Origin: Anaeromyxobacter sp.
GTDB taxonomy: Bacteria; Myxococcota; Myxococcia; Myxococcales; Anaeromyxobacteraceae
NCBI GenBank assembly: GCA_049840735.1
Contig: JASGJN010000026.1
Location: 480,001-544,000 of the forward strand
DNA length: 64,000 nt
Reading direction: 5' to 3'
This document shows, one piece after another, positions 31,940-41,431 of this stretch. Positions within the stretch are counted from its first letter, which is position 1; each line of letters begins with the position of its first letter. The position numbers and the translations under genes were made by a program. The notes beneath the pieces were generated by a model. The model saw only the letters and a list, made by a program, of their open reading frames with translations, searched no databases and was not told the origin of the DNA.

Positions 31940-32775
31940 GCGTGCCCCGTGCGCTGCCGGGTCCAGGCCTGGAGCCGGTTGATGGCCAGCAGCAGGAGGA
32001 AGGAGGAGAGCAGCAGCACCGCCGCGATGGCCGCCGCGCCGCCGTAGTCGAACTGCTCCAGCCGCGTCATGATCAGCAGCGGGGCGATCTCGGTCTTGCC
32101 CGGCATGTTGCCGGAGATGAAGACCACCGAGCCGTACTCGCCCAGGGCCCGGGCGAAGGCCAGGGCGAAGCCGGTCAGCGCCGGCGGCGCCAGGGCCGGC
32201 AGCAGCACCCGGCGGAAGGTCTGCCAGCGCGAGGCGCCCAGCACCGCCGCCGCCTCCTCGATCTCCGGGTCCAGGTCCTCCAGCACCGGCTGGATGGTCC
32301 GGACCACGAAGGGGAGGCCGATGAAGGCGAGGGCCACGAAGACGCCCAGCGCCGAGTAGGTGACCTTGATGCCCAGCGGCGCCAGCCACCGCCCCAGCCA
32401 GCCGTTGGGCGCGTAGACCGCGGTCAGCGCGATGCCGCTCACCGCCGTGGGGAGCGCGAAGGGGAGGTCCACCAGCGCGTCCACCAGCGCGCGCCCCGGG
32501 AACGGGTAGCGGGCCAGCACCCAGGCGATGAGGCCGCCCACGCCCACGTTGGCCGCGGCCGCCAGCAGCGAGATCCCGAAGCTGAGCCGGTAGGAGGCCA
32601 GCGCCCGCGGCGAGGCGATCACCGCCCAGGCCTGCTCCCAGGTGAGGGTGGCCGACTTGAAGGCCAGCGTGGAGAGCGGCACCAGCACCACCAGGCAGAG
32701 GTAGAGCACGGTGAAGCCGGTGGAGAGGCCGAAGCCGGGCAGGGCGCCGCGGCGGCTGCGGGCGGCGGCGCTCAC
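31936..32775 (-). CDS. cysT: Sulfate ABC transporter permease
   Basis: [36 protein letters not shown]. Confidence 0.92.
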   Translation of the reverse strand: MSAAARSRRGALPGFGLSTGFTVLYLCLVVLVPLSTLAFKSATLTWEQAWAVIASPRALASYRLSFGISLLAAAANVGVGGLIAWVLARYPFPGRALVDALVDLPFALPTAVSGIALTAVYAPNGWLGRWLAPLGIKVTYSALGVFVALAFIGLPFVVRTIQPVLEDLDPEIEEAAAVLGASRWQTFRRVLLPALAPPALTGFALAFARALGEYGSVVFISGNMPGKTEIAPLLIMTRLEQFDYGGAAAIAAVLLLSSFLLLLAINRLQAWTRQRTGHA

Positions 32776-33365
32776 GCGGCGCTCGCCTCGGCGGGCGGCC
32801 CCGCGTCGGCGGCGGTCGCGCCGGCCGCCAGCAGGCCGCGCGCGCGCAGGTGCTCGAGGATGCGCTCCGCCGACGCGTCCACCGGCTCGGCGTCGGTGTG
32901 CACGCGGACGTCCGGCGCCTCCGGCGCCTCGTAGGGATCCGACACGCCGGTGAAGTGGGGCAGCTCGCCGGCCAGCGCCCTGGCGTAGAGGCCCTTCACG
33001 TCGCGGCGGGCCAGCGCCTCCAGCGCCGCGGCGACGTGCACCTCCACGAACGGCAGGCCCTCGGCCTCGGCCGCCCGCCGCACCTCGGCGCGGGTGGCCG
33101 CGTAGGGCGAGATGGCGGCGGTGATCACCGCCACGCCGTGGCGGGCCAGCAGCCGCGCCACGAACCCGATGCGCCGGATGTTTGTGTCGCGGTCCTCGCG
33201 CGAGAAGCCCAGCCCCGCCGAGAGGAAGGTGCGGACCTCGTCGCCGTCCAGCACCTCCACCGGCAGCTGCGCCTGGAGGGCCGGCCGCAGCCTGGCGGAG
33301 AGCGTGCTCTTGCCGGCGCCGGAGAGGCCGGTGAGCCAGAGGATGAAGCCGGTGGGGCGGCTCAT
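32772..33365 (-). CDS. cysC: Adenylyl-sulfate kinase
   Basis: [36 protein letters not shown]. Confidence 0.93.
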   Translation of the reverse strand: MSRPTGFILWLTGLSGAGKSTLSARLRPALQAQLPVEVLDGDEVRTFLSAGLGFSREDRDTNIRRIGFVARLLARHGVAVITAAISPYAATRAEVRRAAEAEGLPFVEVHVAAALEALARRDVKGLYARALAGELPHFTGVSDPYEAPEAPDVRVHTDAEPVDASAERILEHLRARGLLAAGATAADAGPPAEASAA

Positions 33366-34061
33366 GGGCGGGTGTCCTTCCTGTGCAGGCCGCACTCGGT
33401 CTTCTCGCGCCCGCGCCAGCGGCCGGCGCGCGGGTCCTCGCCCGGGGCGACCGGGGTGGTGCAGGGGGCGCAGCCGATCGAGGCGTAGCCCTCGGCGTGC
33501 AGCGGGTTCGTGGGCACCTGGCGCTCGCGCAGGCGCGCCCAGACCTGGTCGTGGGTCCAGGCCACCAGCGGGTTCACCTTCACCAGGCCGAACCTCTCGT
33601 CCCACTCCACCACCTGCGCCCCGGCGCGGTCCGGCGTCTGGTCGCGGCGGATGGCGGTGACCCAGGCGTCCAGCCCGGTCAGCGCGGCGCGCAGCGGCCG
33701 GACCTTGCGTGCCTCGCAGCAGGCGTCCGGGTCGCGCTCCCAGGGCGGCGGCTGGCCCGGGATCAGGGCCGGGGCGTCGGCCCCCTTCACGCCGCGGATG
33801 GTGAGCCCGTAGCGGGCCTCCAGCTCGGTCCAGAGCGCGTAGGTCTGGGCGAAGAGGAAGCCGGTGTCGAGCGTGAAGACGTCCACCGGCGCGCGGGCCG
33901 CGGCGATGGCGTCCACGATCAGGCAGCCCTCGGCGCCGAAGCCGGTGGCGAAGGCGATGCGCGGGAAGCGGGCCGCGGCGGCGGCCAGGATCTCCTCCGG
34001 CGCCTTCCCCTCCAGCGCCTCCGCCAGCGCCGCCAGCGCGGCCGGAATCCGGCGCGCTCAC
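33362..34061 (-). CDS. cysH: APS/PAPS reductase, Fe-S (APS) type; apparent +1 frameshift at 34045-34049
   Basis: LDTG, CC..RK, SIGC.PCT, ECGLH; GTG overlapping the cysN stop comes into frame after GATTC->GATC. Confidence 0.88.
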
Positions 34062-35332
34062 AGGATCATCCCCGCGCCGGCGGTGTCGTTGGTGGCCTCG
34101 TCGATCACGATGAAGGCGCCGGTGGCCCGGCTGTGCTCGTAGCGGTCGGCCGCCACCGGCTGGGCCAGCTTCCAGCGCAGCCGCCCGATGTCGTTCATGC
34201 CCAGGGTCTCGGCCGGCCCCTGGGTGAGCGCGCCCAGGTCCACCTTCCAGTCGATGACCTCCAGCTGGGCGCGGACCTCGCGCGCGCCGTGGCGGATCAG
34301 GTAGCGGCGCGCCGGCGTGAGCGGGCGCTCGGAGAGCCAGCAGACCATGGCCTGCAGCGCGCGGGTGGGCTCGGGGCCGTCGCCCGGCCGCACCAGCACG
34401 TCGCCGCGGCTGACGTCGATCTCGTCCTCCAGCGTGAGCATCACCGACTGCTCGCTCACCGCCCGCGCCAGCGCGACGTCCCCCAGCCGGAGCTCCTTCA
34501 CCCGCGAGGCGCGGCCGGAGGGGAGCACCTGCACCGGGTCGCCCACCGCCACCTCGCCGGCCTCGACGCGGCCGGCGAAGCCGCGGAAGTCGTGGTGCGC
34601 GTCGCTGTGCGGGCGGCAGACCCACTGCACCGGGAAGCGGAAGGCCTCGCCCGACTCGGTGTGGGCGGCCGGGGCCTCCTCGAGCGTCTCCAGCAGCGTC
34701 GGGCCGCGGTACCAGTCCAGGTTCGCGCCGCGCTCCACCACCATGTCCCCGGTGAGCGCCGAGACGGGGATGAAGCGCACGTCGGCGATCCCCAGCTTCC
34801 CGGCGAAGGCCTGGAACTCGTGGCGGATGCGCTGGAAGGTCTCGGCCGACCAGCCCACCAGGTCCATCTTGTTCACCACGATCACCAGGTGCGGGATGCC
34901 GACCAGGTGGGCGATGTACGCGTGGCGCCGGGTCTGCGTGACCACGCCCTTGCGCGCGTCCACCAGGATCAGCGCCAGGTGGGCGGTGGAGGCGGCGGTC
35001 ACCATGTTGCGGGTGTACTGCTCGTGCCCCGGCGCGTCGGCGATGACGTACTTGCGCGTGCCGGTGGAGAAGTAGCGGTGCGCCACGTCGATGGTGATCC
35101 CCTGCTCGCGCTCGGCCTGCAGGCCGTCGGTGAGCAGCGAGAGGTCCATCGCCTCCAGGCCGCGCCGCCGCGAGGTGGCGGCGATGGCGTGGAGCGTGTC
35201 GGCCAGGATGGAGCGGGTGTCCAGCAGCAGCCGCCCGATGAGCGTGCTCTTGCCGTCGTCCACCGAGCCGCAGGTGGTGAAGCGGAGCACGCCCAGGTCC
35301 GGGGCGCCGGGGAGGTTCTCGGCGGGGAGCAT
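34058..35332 (-). CDS. cysN: Sulfate adenylyltransferase subunit 1
   Basis: [34 protein letters not shown]. Confidence 0.95.
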   Translation of the reverse strand: MLPAENLPGAPDLGVLRFTTCGSVDDGKSTLIGRLLLDTRSILADTLHAIAATSRRRGLEAMDLSLLTDGLQAEREQGITIDVAHRYFSTGTRKYVIADAPGHEQYTRNMVTAASTAHLALILVDARKGVVTQTRRHAYIAHLVGIPHLVIVVNKMDLVGWSAETFQRIRHEFQAFAGKLGIADVRFIPVSALTGDMVVERGANLDWYRGPTLLETLEEAPAAHTESGEAFRFPVQWVCRPHSDAHHDFRGFAGRVEAGEVAVGDPVQVLPSGRASRVKELRLGDVALARAVSEQSVMLTLEDEIDVSRGDVLVRPGDGPEPTRALQAMVCWLSERPLTPARRYLIRHGAREVRAQLEVIDWKVDLGALTQGPAETLGMNDIGRLRWKLAQPVAADRYEHSRATGAFIVIDEATNDTAGAGMIL

Positions 35333-36301
35333 CTAGAAGTACCCTTCCTTCTTGCGCTGCTCCATCGACGCCTCGGAGGCCTGGTCGTCCAGGCGGGTGG
35401 CGCCGCGCTCGGTGAGCGTGGTCACGGCGGTCTCGGCGATGATCTCGTCCACCGTGCGGGCGGCGGACTCCACCGGCGCGGTGCAGGTGATGTCGCCCAC
35501 GGTGCGGAAGCGGACCGAGAGCTCCTCGACGGCGTCGCCCGGGCGCGCCGGCGTGACCGGCGTGACCGGGACCAGCGCGCCGCCGCGGCGGACCACCGGG
35601 CGGCGGTGGGCGAAGTAGATGGAGGGCAGCGGGAGCGCCTCGCGGCCGATGTACTGCCACACGTCCAGCTCCGTCCAGTTGGAGAGCGGGAAGGCGCGGA
35701 TGTTCTCCCCCTTGCGGATCCGGGCGTTGTAGAGCGACCAGAGCTCCGGCCGCTGGTTCTTGGGGTCCCAGGTGCCGAACTCGTCGCGGAAGGAGAAGAC
35801 GCGCTCCTTGGCGCGGGCCTTCTCCTCGTCGCGGCGCGCGCCGCCGATGCAGGCGTCGAGGCCGAGCTCGGCGATGGCGTCGAGCAGCGTGACCGACTGG
35901 TGCCGGTTGCGCGGCTCGTCCTCGCGCGCCAGCACCACCCGCCCCTGCCGGATCGAGTCCTCGACCGACCGGACCAGCAGCCGCTCGCCCAGCTCGGCGG
36001 CCCGGCGATCGCGGTAGGCGATCACCTCCGGGTAGTTGTGGCCGGTGTCGATGTGGAGCAGCGGGAAGGGGAAGCGGGCCGGCCGGAACGCCTTCTCCGC
36101 CAGCCGCAGCAGGACGATGGAGTCCTTGCCGCCGGAGAAGAGGAGCGCCGGGTTGGTGCACTGGCCGGCCACCTCCCGCAGGACGTGGATGGCCTCGGCC
36201 TCCAGCAGGTCGAGGTGGGGCAGGGGCGCCCGCCGGGCGGTGGACCGGGCGGTGGCGCGCGGAGCCTTGGGCTCCGGAGTTGCGAGCAGGGTGTCCGTCA
36301 T
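35333..36301 (-). CDS. cysD: Sulfate adenylyltransferase subunit 2 (start 36301 or 36316)
   Basis: [43 protein letters not shown]. Confidence 0.95.
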   Translation of the reverse strand: MTDTLLATPEPKAPRATARSTARRAPLPHLDLLEAEAIHVLREVAGQCTNPALLFSGGKDSIVLLRLAEKAFRPARFPFPLLHIDTGHNYPEVIAYRDRRAAELGERLLVRSVEDSIRQGRVVLAREDEPRNRHQSVTLLDAIAELGLDACIGGARRDEEKARAKERVFSFRDEFGTWDPKNQRPELWSLYNARIRKGENIRAFPLSNWTELDVWQYIGREALPLPSIYFAHRRPVVRRGGALVPVTPVTPARPGDAVEELSVRFRTVGDITCTAPVESAARTVDEIIAETAVTTLTERGATRLDDQASEASMEQRKKEGYF

Positions 36302-36308
36302 AACAGAT
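36293..36308. promoter_or_regulatory. Putative operator at the cysD start
   Basis: GTCCGTCATAACAGAT, 13/16 match to the palindrome at 36469; just downstream of TTGACT-N18-TAGGAT on the minus strand. Confidence 0.6.
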
Positions 36309-36468
36309 ACGGCCATCCTATGGAGCGGAGCGGCGTCTAGTCAAGCGGACGCAGCGGCCCTGGCCCGGCCCTCCTCGGGGAGGGCTGGGGCGCAGCGATG
36401 CCGTGCAGGTGCGGCGATCCGCGTGGGGTACCCCAGTTGACAGCCGACCGCCGGCATGCAGGATGGGT

Positions 36469-36484
36469 GTCCGTTATAACGGAC
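36469..36484. promoter_or_regulatory. Putative operator upstream of sbp
   Basis: Perfect 16-bp palindrome GTCCGTTATAACGGAC, just downstream of TTGACA-N16-CAGGAT (36437-36464). Confidence 0.65.
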
Positions 36485-36526
36485 GAGCGGCGGACGCCGT
36501 CACGGACGCAACCGGAGGAGAGGATC

Positions 36527-37559
36527 ATGACGACGAGGACCTGGAGGCAGGTGGTGGCGGCGGCGGCCCTGGCCACGGCGGCCGTGCTGGCGCCGGCGGC
36601 GGCGAAGGCGCAGCAGGGCGGGCCGGTGCAGCTGCTCAACGTGTCGTACGACCCCACGCGCGAGCTGTACGAGGCCGTGAACGCGGTCTTCGTGAAGCAC
36701 TGGAAGGCGAAGACCGGGCAGGACCTGACGGTGAAGCAGTCGCACGGCGGCTCGGGCAAGCAGGCCCGCGCGGTGATCGACGGGCTGGAGGCCGACGTGG
36801 TCACGCTGGCCCTGGCCTACGACGTGGACGCGGTGGCCAGGTCCGGCCTGCTGGACGCCGGCTGGCAGAGGCGGCTGCCGCGCAACGCCTCGCCCTACAC
36901 CTCCACCATCGTCTTCCTGGTGCGCAAGGGGAACCCCAAGGGCATCAGGTCCTGGGACGACCTGGTGAAGCCGGGCGTGCAGGTGATCACGCCCAACCCC
37001 AAGACCTCCGGCGGCGCGCGCTGGAACTACCTGGCCGCCTGGGGCTGGGCCCGCAAGAAGAAGGGGCTGGACGACGCCGGCGCCCGCGGCTTCGTGGGCG
37101 CGCTCTACAAGAACGTGCCGGTGCTCGACTCCGGCGCCCGCGGCTCCACCACCACCTTCGTCGAGCGCGGCCTGGGCGACGTGCTCCTGGCCTGGGAGAA
37201 CGAGGCCTACCTGGCGGTGGACCAGCTGGGCGCCGGGCAGCTCGAGGTGGTGGTGCCCTCCTTCTCGGTGCTGGCCGAGCCGCCGGTGGCGGTGGTGGAC
37301 AAGAACGTGGACCGGCACGGCACCCGCGCCGTGGCCCAGGCCTACCTCGAGTTCCTCTACACGCCCGAGGCGCAGGCGCTGGCGGCCAGGCACGGCTACC
37401 GCCCCGGCGATCCGGCCGTGGCCGCCAAGCAGACCCGCTTCCCGAAGCTGGAGCTGGTCACCGTCGACGATCCGCTCTTCGGCGGCTGGCAGAAGGCGCA
37501 GGCCGCCCACTTCGCCGACGGCGGCGTGTTCGACCAGAATCTACGCGCCCGGCAACTAG
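36527..37559 (+). CDS. sbp: Sulfate-binding periplasmic protein; apparent +1 frameshift at 37537-37541
   Basis: [39 protein letters not shown]; corrected end GVFDQIYAPGN*. Confidence 0.93.
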
Positions 37560-37613
37560 CAGCGAGCCGTTCAACCCGAGCACCCACCCGCACGATCAAC
37601 AGGAGCTGACCCC

Positions 37614-38825
37614 GTGAAGAAGACCCGCACCCTCCCCCTCGCCGCAGCGGCCGCGCTGGCCCTGCTGGGCGGCCGTGCCCAGGCGCAGTCCGAGCAGTCC
37701 CAGCCCGTCGCGCCCGCACCCCCCCCTGCCGCCGCACAGCCGGCACCCGCCGCGCCGGCTCCGGCCCCTGCGCCCGTCACCGCCCCGGCGGCGGCCAAGC
37801 CCGCCTCCAAGGGCCCACAGCTCTACGGCTTCGTCCAGCTGCAGCTCTCGCAGCTCAAGCCGCCCAGCCCGGCCCACGACAGCTCCACCTTCGAGGTCCG
37901 TCGCGCGCGGCTCGGCGCCAGGGGCGATCTGACCGGGCAGATCGGCTACGCCGCCATCTACGACTTCGCCGACTCCTCGCTCAAGGACGCCGTCATCGCC
38001 GGCAAGAACCTGGGCTGGGCGCCCGGCGTCGAGCTGCGCTTCGGCCAGTTCAAGACGCCGTTCGGCTGGGAGCAGCCCGAGTCGGACTACAAGCTGCTCT
38101 GGGTCTACAGCTCCTACGTGGTGCAGGCGCTGGCCCGCTCCACCACCACCTCCTCGGTCACCGCCACCCCCGACGCGCGCGACATCGGGGCCCAGCTCCT
38201 GGGCAAGTGGGGCGGGCCGGCGCTGACCGGCGAGCTGACCGCGGCCGTCACCAACGGCGCGGGCCCGAACCGCAAGGACGACCTCGACCGGAAGAACCTG
38301 TGGGGCCGCGCCGGCCTGGCCGGCAAGCTCGGCCCGGTCAGCCTCCGCGGCGGCGTCTCCTACGCCCACGGCCGGCAGCTGGCCGGGCTGGGCGCCAACG
38401 CCAAGTTCGACGGCGTGGGCACGTTCACCGACGACACCTTCTTCGACTTCGACACGGTGGGCGGCGACGTCGAGCTGGACAGCAAGTGGCTGTTCGTGGC
38501 GGCGGAGTACATCCAGTCGGATCGCGATCAGTCGGTCTACGCGGCCGGCGTGGCCACCGAGACCTCCTACAAGGCGCGCGGCTGGTACGCCGGCGCGTAC
38601 GGCAAGACGCCGTGGCGGGTGGGCCCCGTCGTCCGGGTCGAGCAGTACGACCGGAACCGCTCCACCGACGACGACACCGCGGAGCGCTACACGCTCGGCC
38701 TCTACTACGACCTCGACCAGGTCCCGGTGAACACCCGGCTCATCTTCAACTACGAGCTGGACCAGTCCGACGACGGCGTGAAGGTCGGCGACCGGGCTGT
38801 CCTGCTCGGTCAGGTGATCTTCTAG
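37614..38825 (+). CDS. Outer-membrane porin (OprO/OprP-like), probably for sulfate/anion entry
   Basis: Signal peptide, Pro/Ala linker, FEVRRARL, GQFKTPFG.E, RDIG, terminal Phe; follows sbp. Confidence 0.8.
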   Translation: MKKTRTLPLAAAAALALLGGRAQAQSEQSQPVAPAPPPAAAQPAPAAPAPAPAPVTAPAAAKPASKGPQLYGFVQLQLSQLKPPSPAHDSSTFEVRRARLGARGDLTGQIGYAAIYDFADSSLKDAVIAGKNLGWAPGVELRFGQFKTPFGWEQPESDYKLLWVYSSYVVQALARSTTTSSVTATPDARDIGAQLLGKWGGPALTGELTAAVTNGAGPNRKDDLDRKNLWGRAGLAGKLGPVSLRGGVSYAHGRQLAGLGANAKFDGVGTFTDDTFFDFDTVGGDVELDSKWLFVAAEYIQSDRDQSVYAAGVATETSYKARGWYAGAYGKTPWRVGPVVRVEQYDRNRSTDDDTAERYTLGLYYDLDQVPVNTRLIFNYELDQSDDGVKVGDRAVLLGQVIF

Positions 38826-39098
38826 GCGGGGCCTGCGCCCCTCCCCCAGCTTTGCTGGGGCCCCCACCCTGCGAGCCGATTCATGCTCGCTCGACGGGCG
38901 AGCGCGGCCCCGGTCCTCTTCCCTGGGAGGCCGGGGCCGCTGCTCGGGTTCGTCGCGGGGCGCCCGTGTCGGGTGATCACTGCACGCCCGGCCCCGGGTC
39001 CACCCACCCCCGCGTTCCGGGGCTTCCACCCCGCCTCCCTGCTGTCGGAAGATGACCCTTCGGCCGTCAGGCGGCCGCTGCAGGCAGCGGGGGTGGTC

Positions 39099-39893
39099 AT
39101 GGGCGTGGCTTCTTCGCGGTTCGCCGTCTTCGGCGTGGGCTCGCACCTGGTCGGCATCCCGGCCGACCGGGTGAAGGAGATGTTCGTCCTCCCCGAGATC
39201 CGGGTGCCGCCCGGCATCCCCGCGCACCAGCGCGGCGTGGCCCGGCTGCGCGGCTCGGTCCTCCCCGCCATCGACCTGCGGGTCTGCCTCGGCCTCACCT
39301 CGTCAGGGGTCGAGGTGGACGCGTTCGTGCAGCTGCTGGTCGATCGCGAGCAGGACCACCGCAGCTGGCTGGGGGAGCTGGAGGCGTGCGTGCGCGAGGG
39401 GCGCAAGTTCACGCTCGCCACCGACCCGCGCCAGTGCAGGTTCGGCAAGTGGTACTACGGCTTCAAGACCGACGACCCGGTGCTGCGCATGGCGCTGGAC
39501 GCCTTCGAGCAGCCCCACGCCGACATCCACGGCCTGGCCCAGCAGGCCGAGGCGCTCCTGGCCGAGGGTCACGCCGCCCAGGCGCAGCAGCTGGTGGAGC
39601 GGGCCCGCACCGGCGTGCTGGCGGAGCTGATCGGGATCTTCGCCCGGACCCGCACCCTGGTGCGCGAGCAGCGCAAGGAGGTGGGCGTCACCGTCCAGCT
39701 GGGCGGGCGCGACGCGGCGCTGATCGTGGACCGGGCCGAGGCGGTCACCGAGGTGGAGCCGCTGCCCGAGAAGGACGACCCGCTCCGCGGCGGCGCGCTG
39801 GAGAGCCACCTGGTGGAGCGGATGGGGCGCTGGAAGGGGAGCAACGCCCCCGTGCTGCTGCTCTCGCTGGAGAAGGTGGCGGCGCTGCGGTGA
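39099..39893 (+). CDS. CheW-family protein with inserted CZB zinc-binding domain
   Basis: CheW N-half (GVARLRGSVLPAIDLR), CZB (DH..W, CRFGKWYY, PHADIH), CheW C-half (ALIVDRAEAV). Confidence 0.8.
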   Translation: MGVASSRFAVFGVGSHLVGIPADRVKEMFVLPEIRVPPGIPAHQRGVARLRGSVLPAIDLRVCLGLTSSGVEVDAFVQLLVDREQDHRSWLGELEACVREGRKFTLATDPRQCRFGKWYYGFKTDDPVLRMALDAFEQPHADIHGLAQQAEALLAEGHAAQAQQLVERARTGVLAELIGIFARTRTLVREQRKEVGVTVQLGGRDAALIVDRAEAVTEVEPLPEKDDPLRGGALESHLVERMGRWKGSNAPVLLLSLEKVAALR

Positions 39894-39914
39894 CGCGGGG
39901 GCCCGGCGCCGCAG

Positions 39915-40385
39915 CTACCGGGCAGCGGCGGCGCGCGCCAGGCTGCGCCGCCGGAAGAAGGCGTGCAGCCGGTGCGGGAAGGACTGCTGCGGCAGCACCA
40001 TGAACGGGCAGAGGTCGGTGACCACCTCCGCGCCGGCCTCCGCGCAGCGCGCCAGCGCCGCCGGGCTGGCCGAGCCCGCCCCGGCGCCGCGGTGGAACCA
40101 GTAGCGGCGCAGGCCGGCCGCCAGGCCATCGGCGACCACGCCGTCGGCGGCCTGCGGCGCCACCAGCAGCAGCGCCCAGTCCACCGGAGGGGAGATCGCC
40201 GAGAGGCGCGGGTAGGCGGGCCGCCCGGCCAGCTCCGCGGCCGTGGGGTGGACCGGCACCACCTCCAGCCCGGCCTCCTCCAGCGCCTCCAGGACGCCGT
40301 GGCTGAAGTCCTTCGGATCGCGCGACAGGCCGGCCAGGGCCACGCGGCGGAGCGTGAGGAAGCGGCGGGCGGTCTCGAGCGGCAT
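39915..40385 (-). CDS. CoA-binding domain protein (YccU-like)
   Basis: VALAGLSR, VVPVHP, AYP.L..I, WFH.G, CPFM. Confidence 0.8.
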   Translation of the reverse strand: MPLETARRFLTLRRVALAGLSRDPKDFSHGVLEALEEAGLEVVPVHPTAAELAGRPAYPRLSAISPPVDWALLLVAPQAADGVVADGLAAGLRRYWFHRGAGAGSASPAALARCAEAGAEVVTDLCPFMVLPQQSFPHRLHAFFRRRSLARAAAAR

Positions 40386-40464
40386 GGCGGCACCTCAGGC
40401 CCGCAGCGTCGCACCGCTTGTGCCGCTGCGCAACGCGTCTGCGGCGCGGGATCGGGCGCGGCCC

Positions 40465-41191
40465 TCACGCCACCGGCCGCAGGTACCGATCCTGGCACCC
40501 CTCGCAGAAGGTCCACTCCACCGCGGGCGGTGGGGCGCGGACCAGCTCGGGGATGAAGGCCCAGCGCCGGAACGAGCTGGCGGTGGACTGGATTCGAGCG
40601 GCAGCAGGCGCAGGCGCGCAGCGGCCCCTGCCGCTCGCGCGCGGCCAGGGGCTCCACCGCGTGGGCGCGGGTCACCGGCGAGGTGCCCAGCTCCGTCCAG
40701 GTGGCCAGGAGCCCCAGCGCCCGGCCGCCGCGATCCGAGACCCGCTCCAGCCGCGTGGCCAGCAGCCGGACCGCCTCGGGGGTGTTGCACTCGGAGAGCT
40801 CGATCAGCCCGGGCCAGCCGGGGTCGCGCGCGGCGGCCTCCAGCAGCTCACGGTAGTGGGCCTGCACCTCCTCGCCCGCCACGTGCTCCAGCAGCGAGGT
40901 GCCCACCACCTCCGTCCCGGCCGCCGCCGGCAGGCCGCCGTTGGCGGCCGCGAAGCGGTCCCAGGCCCGGTTGACCAGCAGGATCCGGCCGTCCGGATCG
41001 AGGAAGGCGGCGGGGGACGGGCAGCGCTGCAGGCGCCTGCGCGCTCCGGCCAGCGCCTGCGGCGCGGTGCCGAGCGCGATGACGCCGTCCGGTGGGGTGG
41101 CTTGCTTCTCGAGCCGCCCCTCGCGCGCGGAGCGCAGCTGGCCGGCCAGGCGGCGCAGGCAGGCGGGGCAGGTCACGGCCGCGAGGGCCAT
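40465..41191 (-). CDS. PAS-domain protein flanked by Cys motifs; apparent +1 frameshift at 40591-40595
   Basis: N-terminal CPAC; PAS (LDPDGRILLVNRAWDRFA..NG); corrected C-terminus CACCRSI...W...FCEGC. Confidence 0.65.
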
Positions 41192-41431
41192 GGTCCAGTT
41201 GTAGCTGGGGCCAGCTCCAGGGCACACGCTCCGCTTGGCCGCGGCGCTCCAGAAGTGGACGATCCGCGGTTTTCCCCATCCACCGCGCGCGCTCCTGCCT
41301 GGGGAGAAGAGGCGCCGAACATGCGCCCTCCCATCCGGCAAGGCGTCACCCTCGACGGGGCAGCTAGCGCGGGTCAGGCCGCGGGGGGGCCCCCGGTCAG
41401 CGGGGCACTCCCGCAGCCGCAGCCGATCCGC

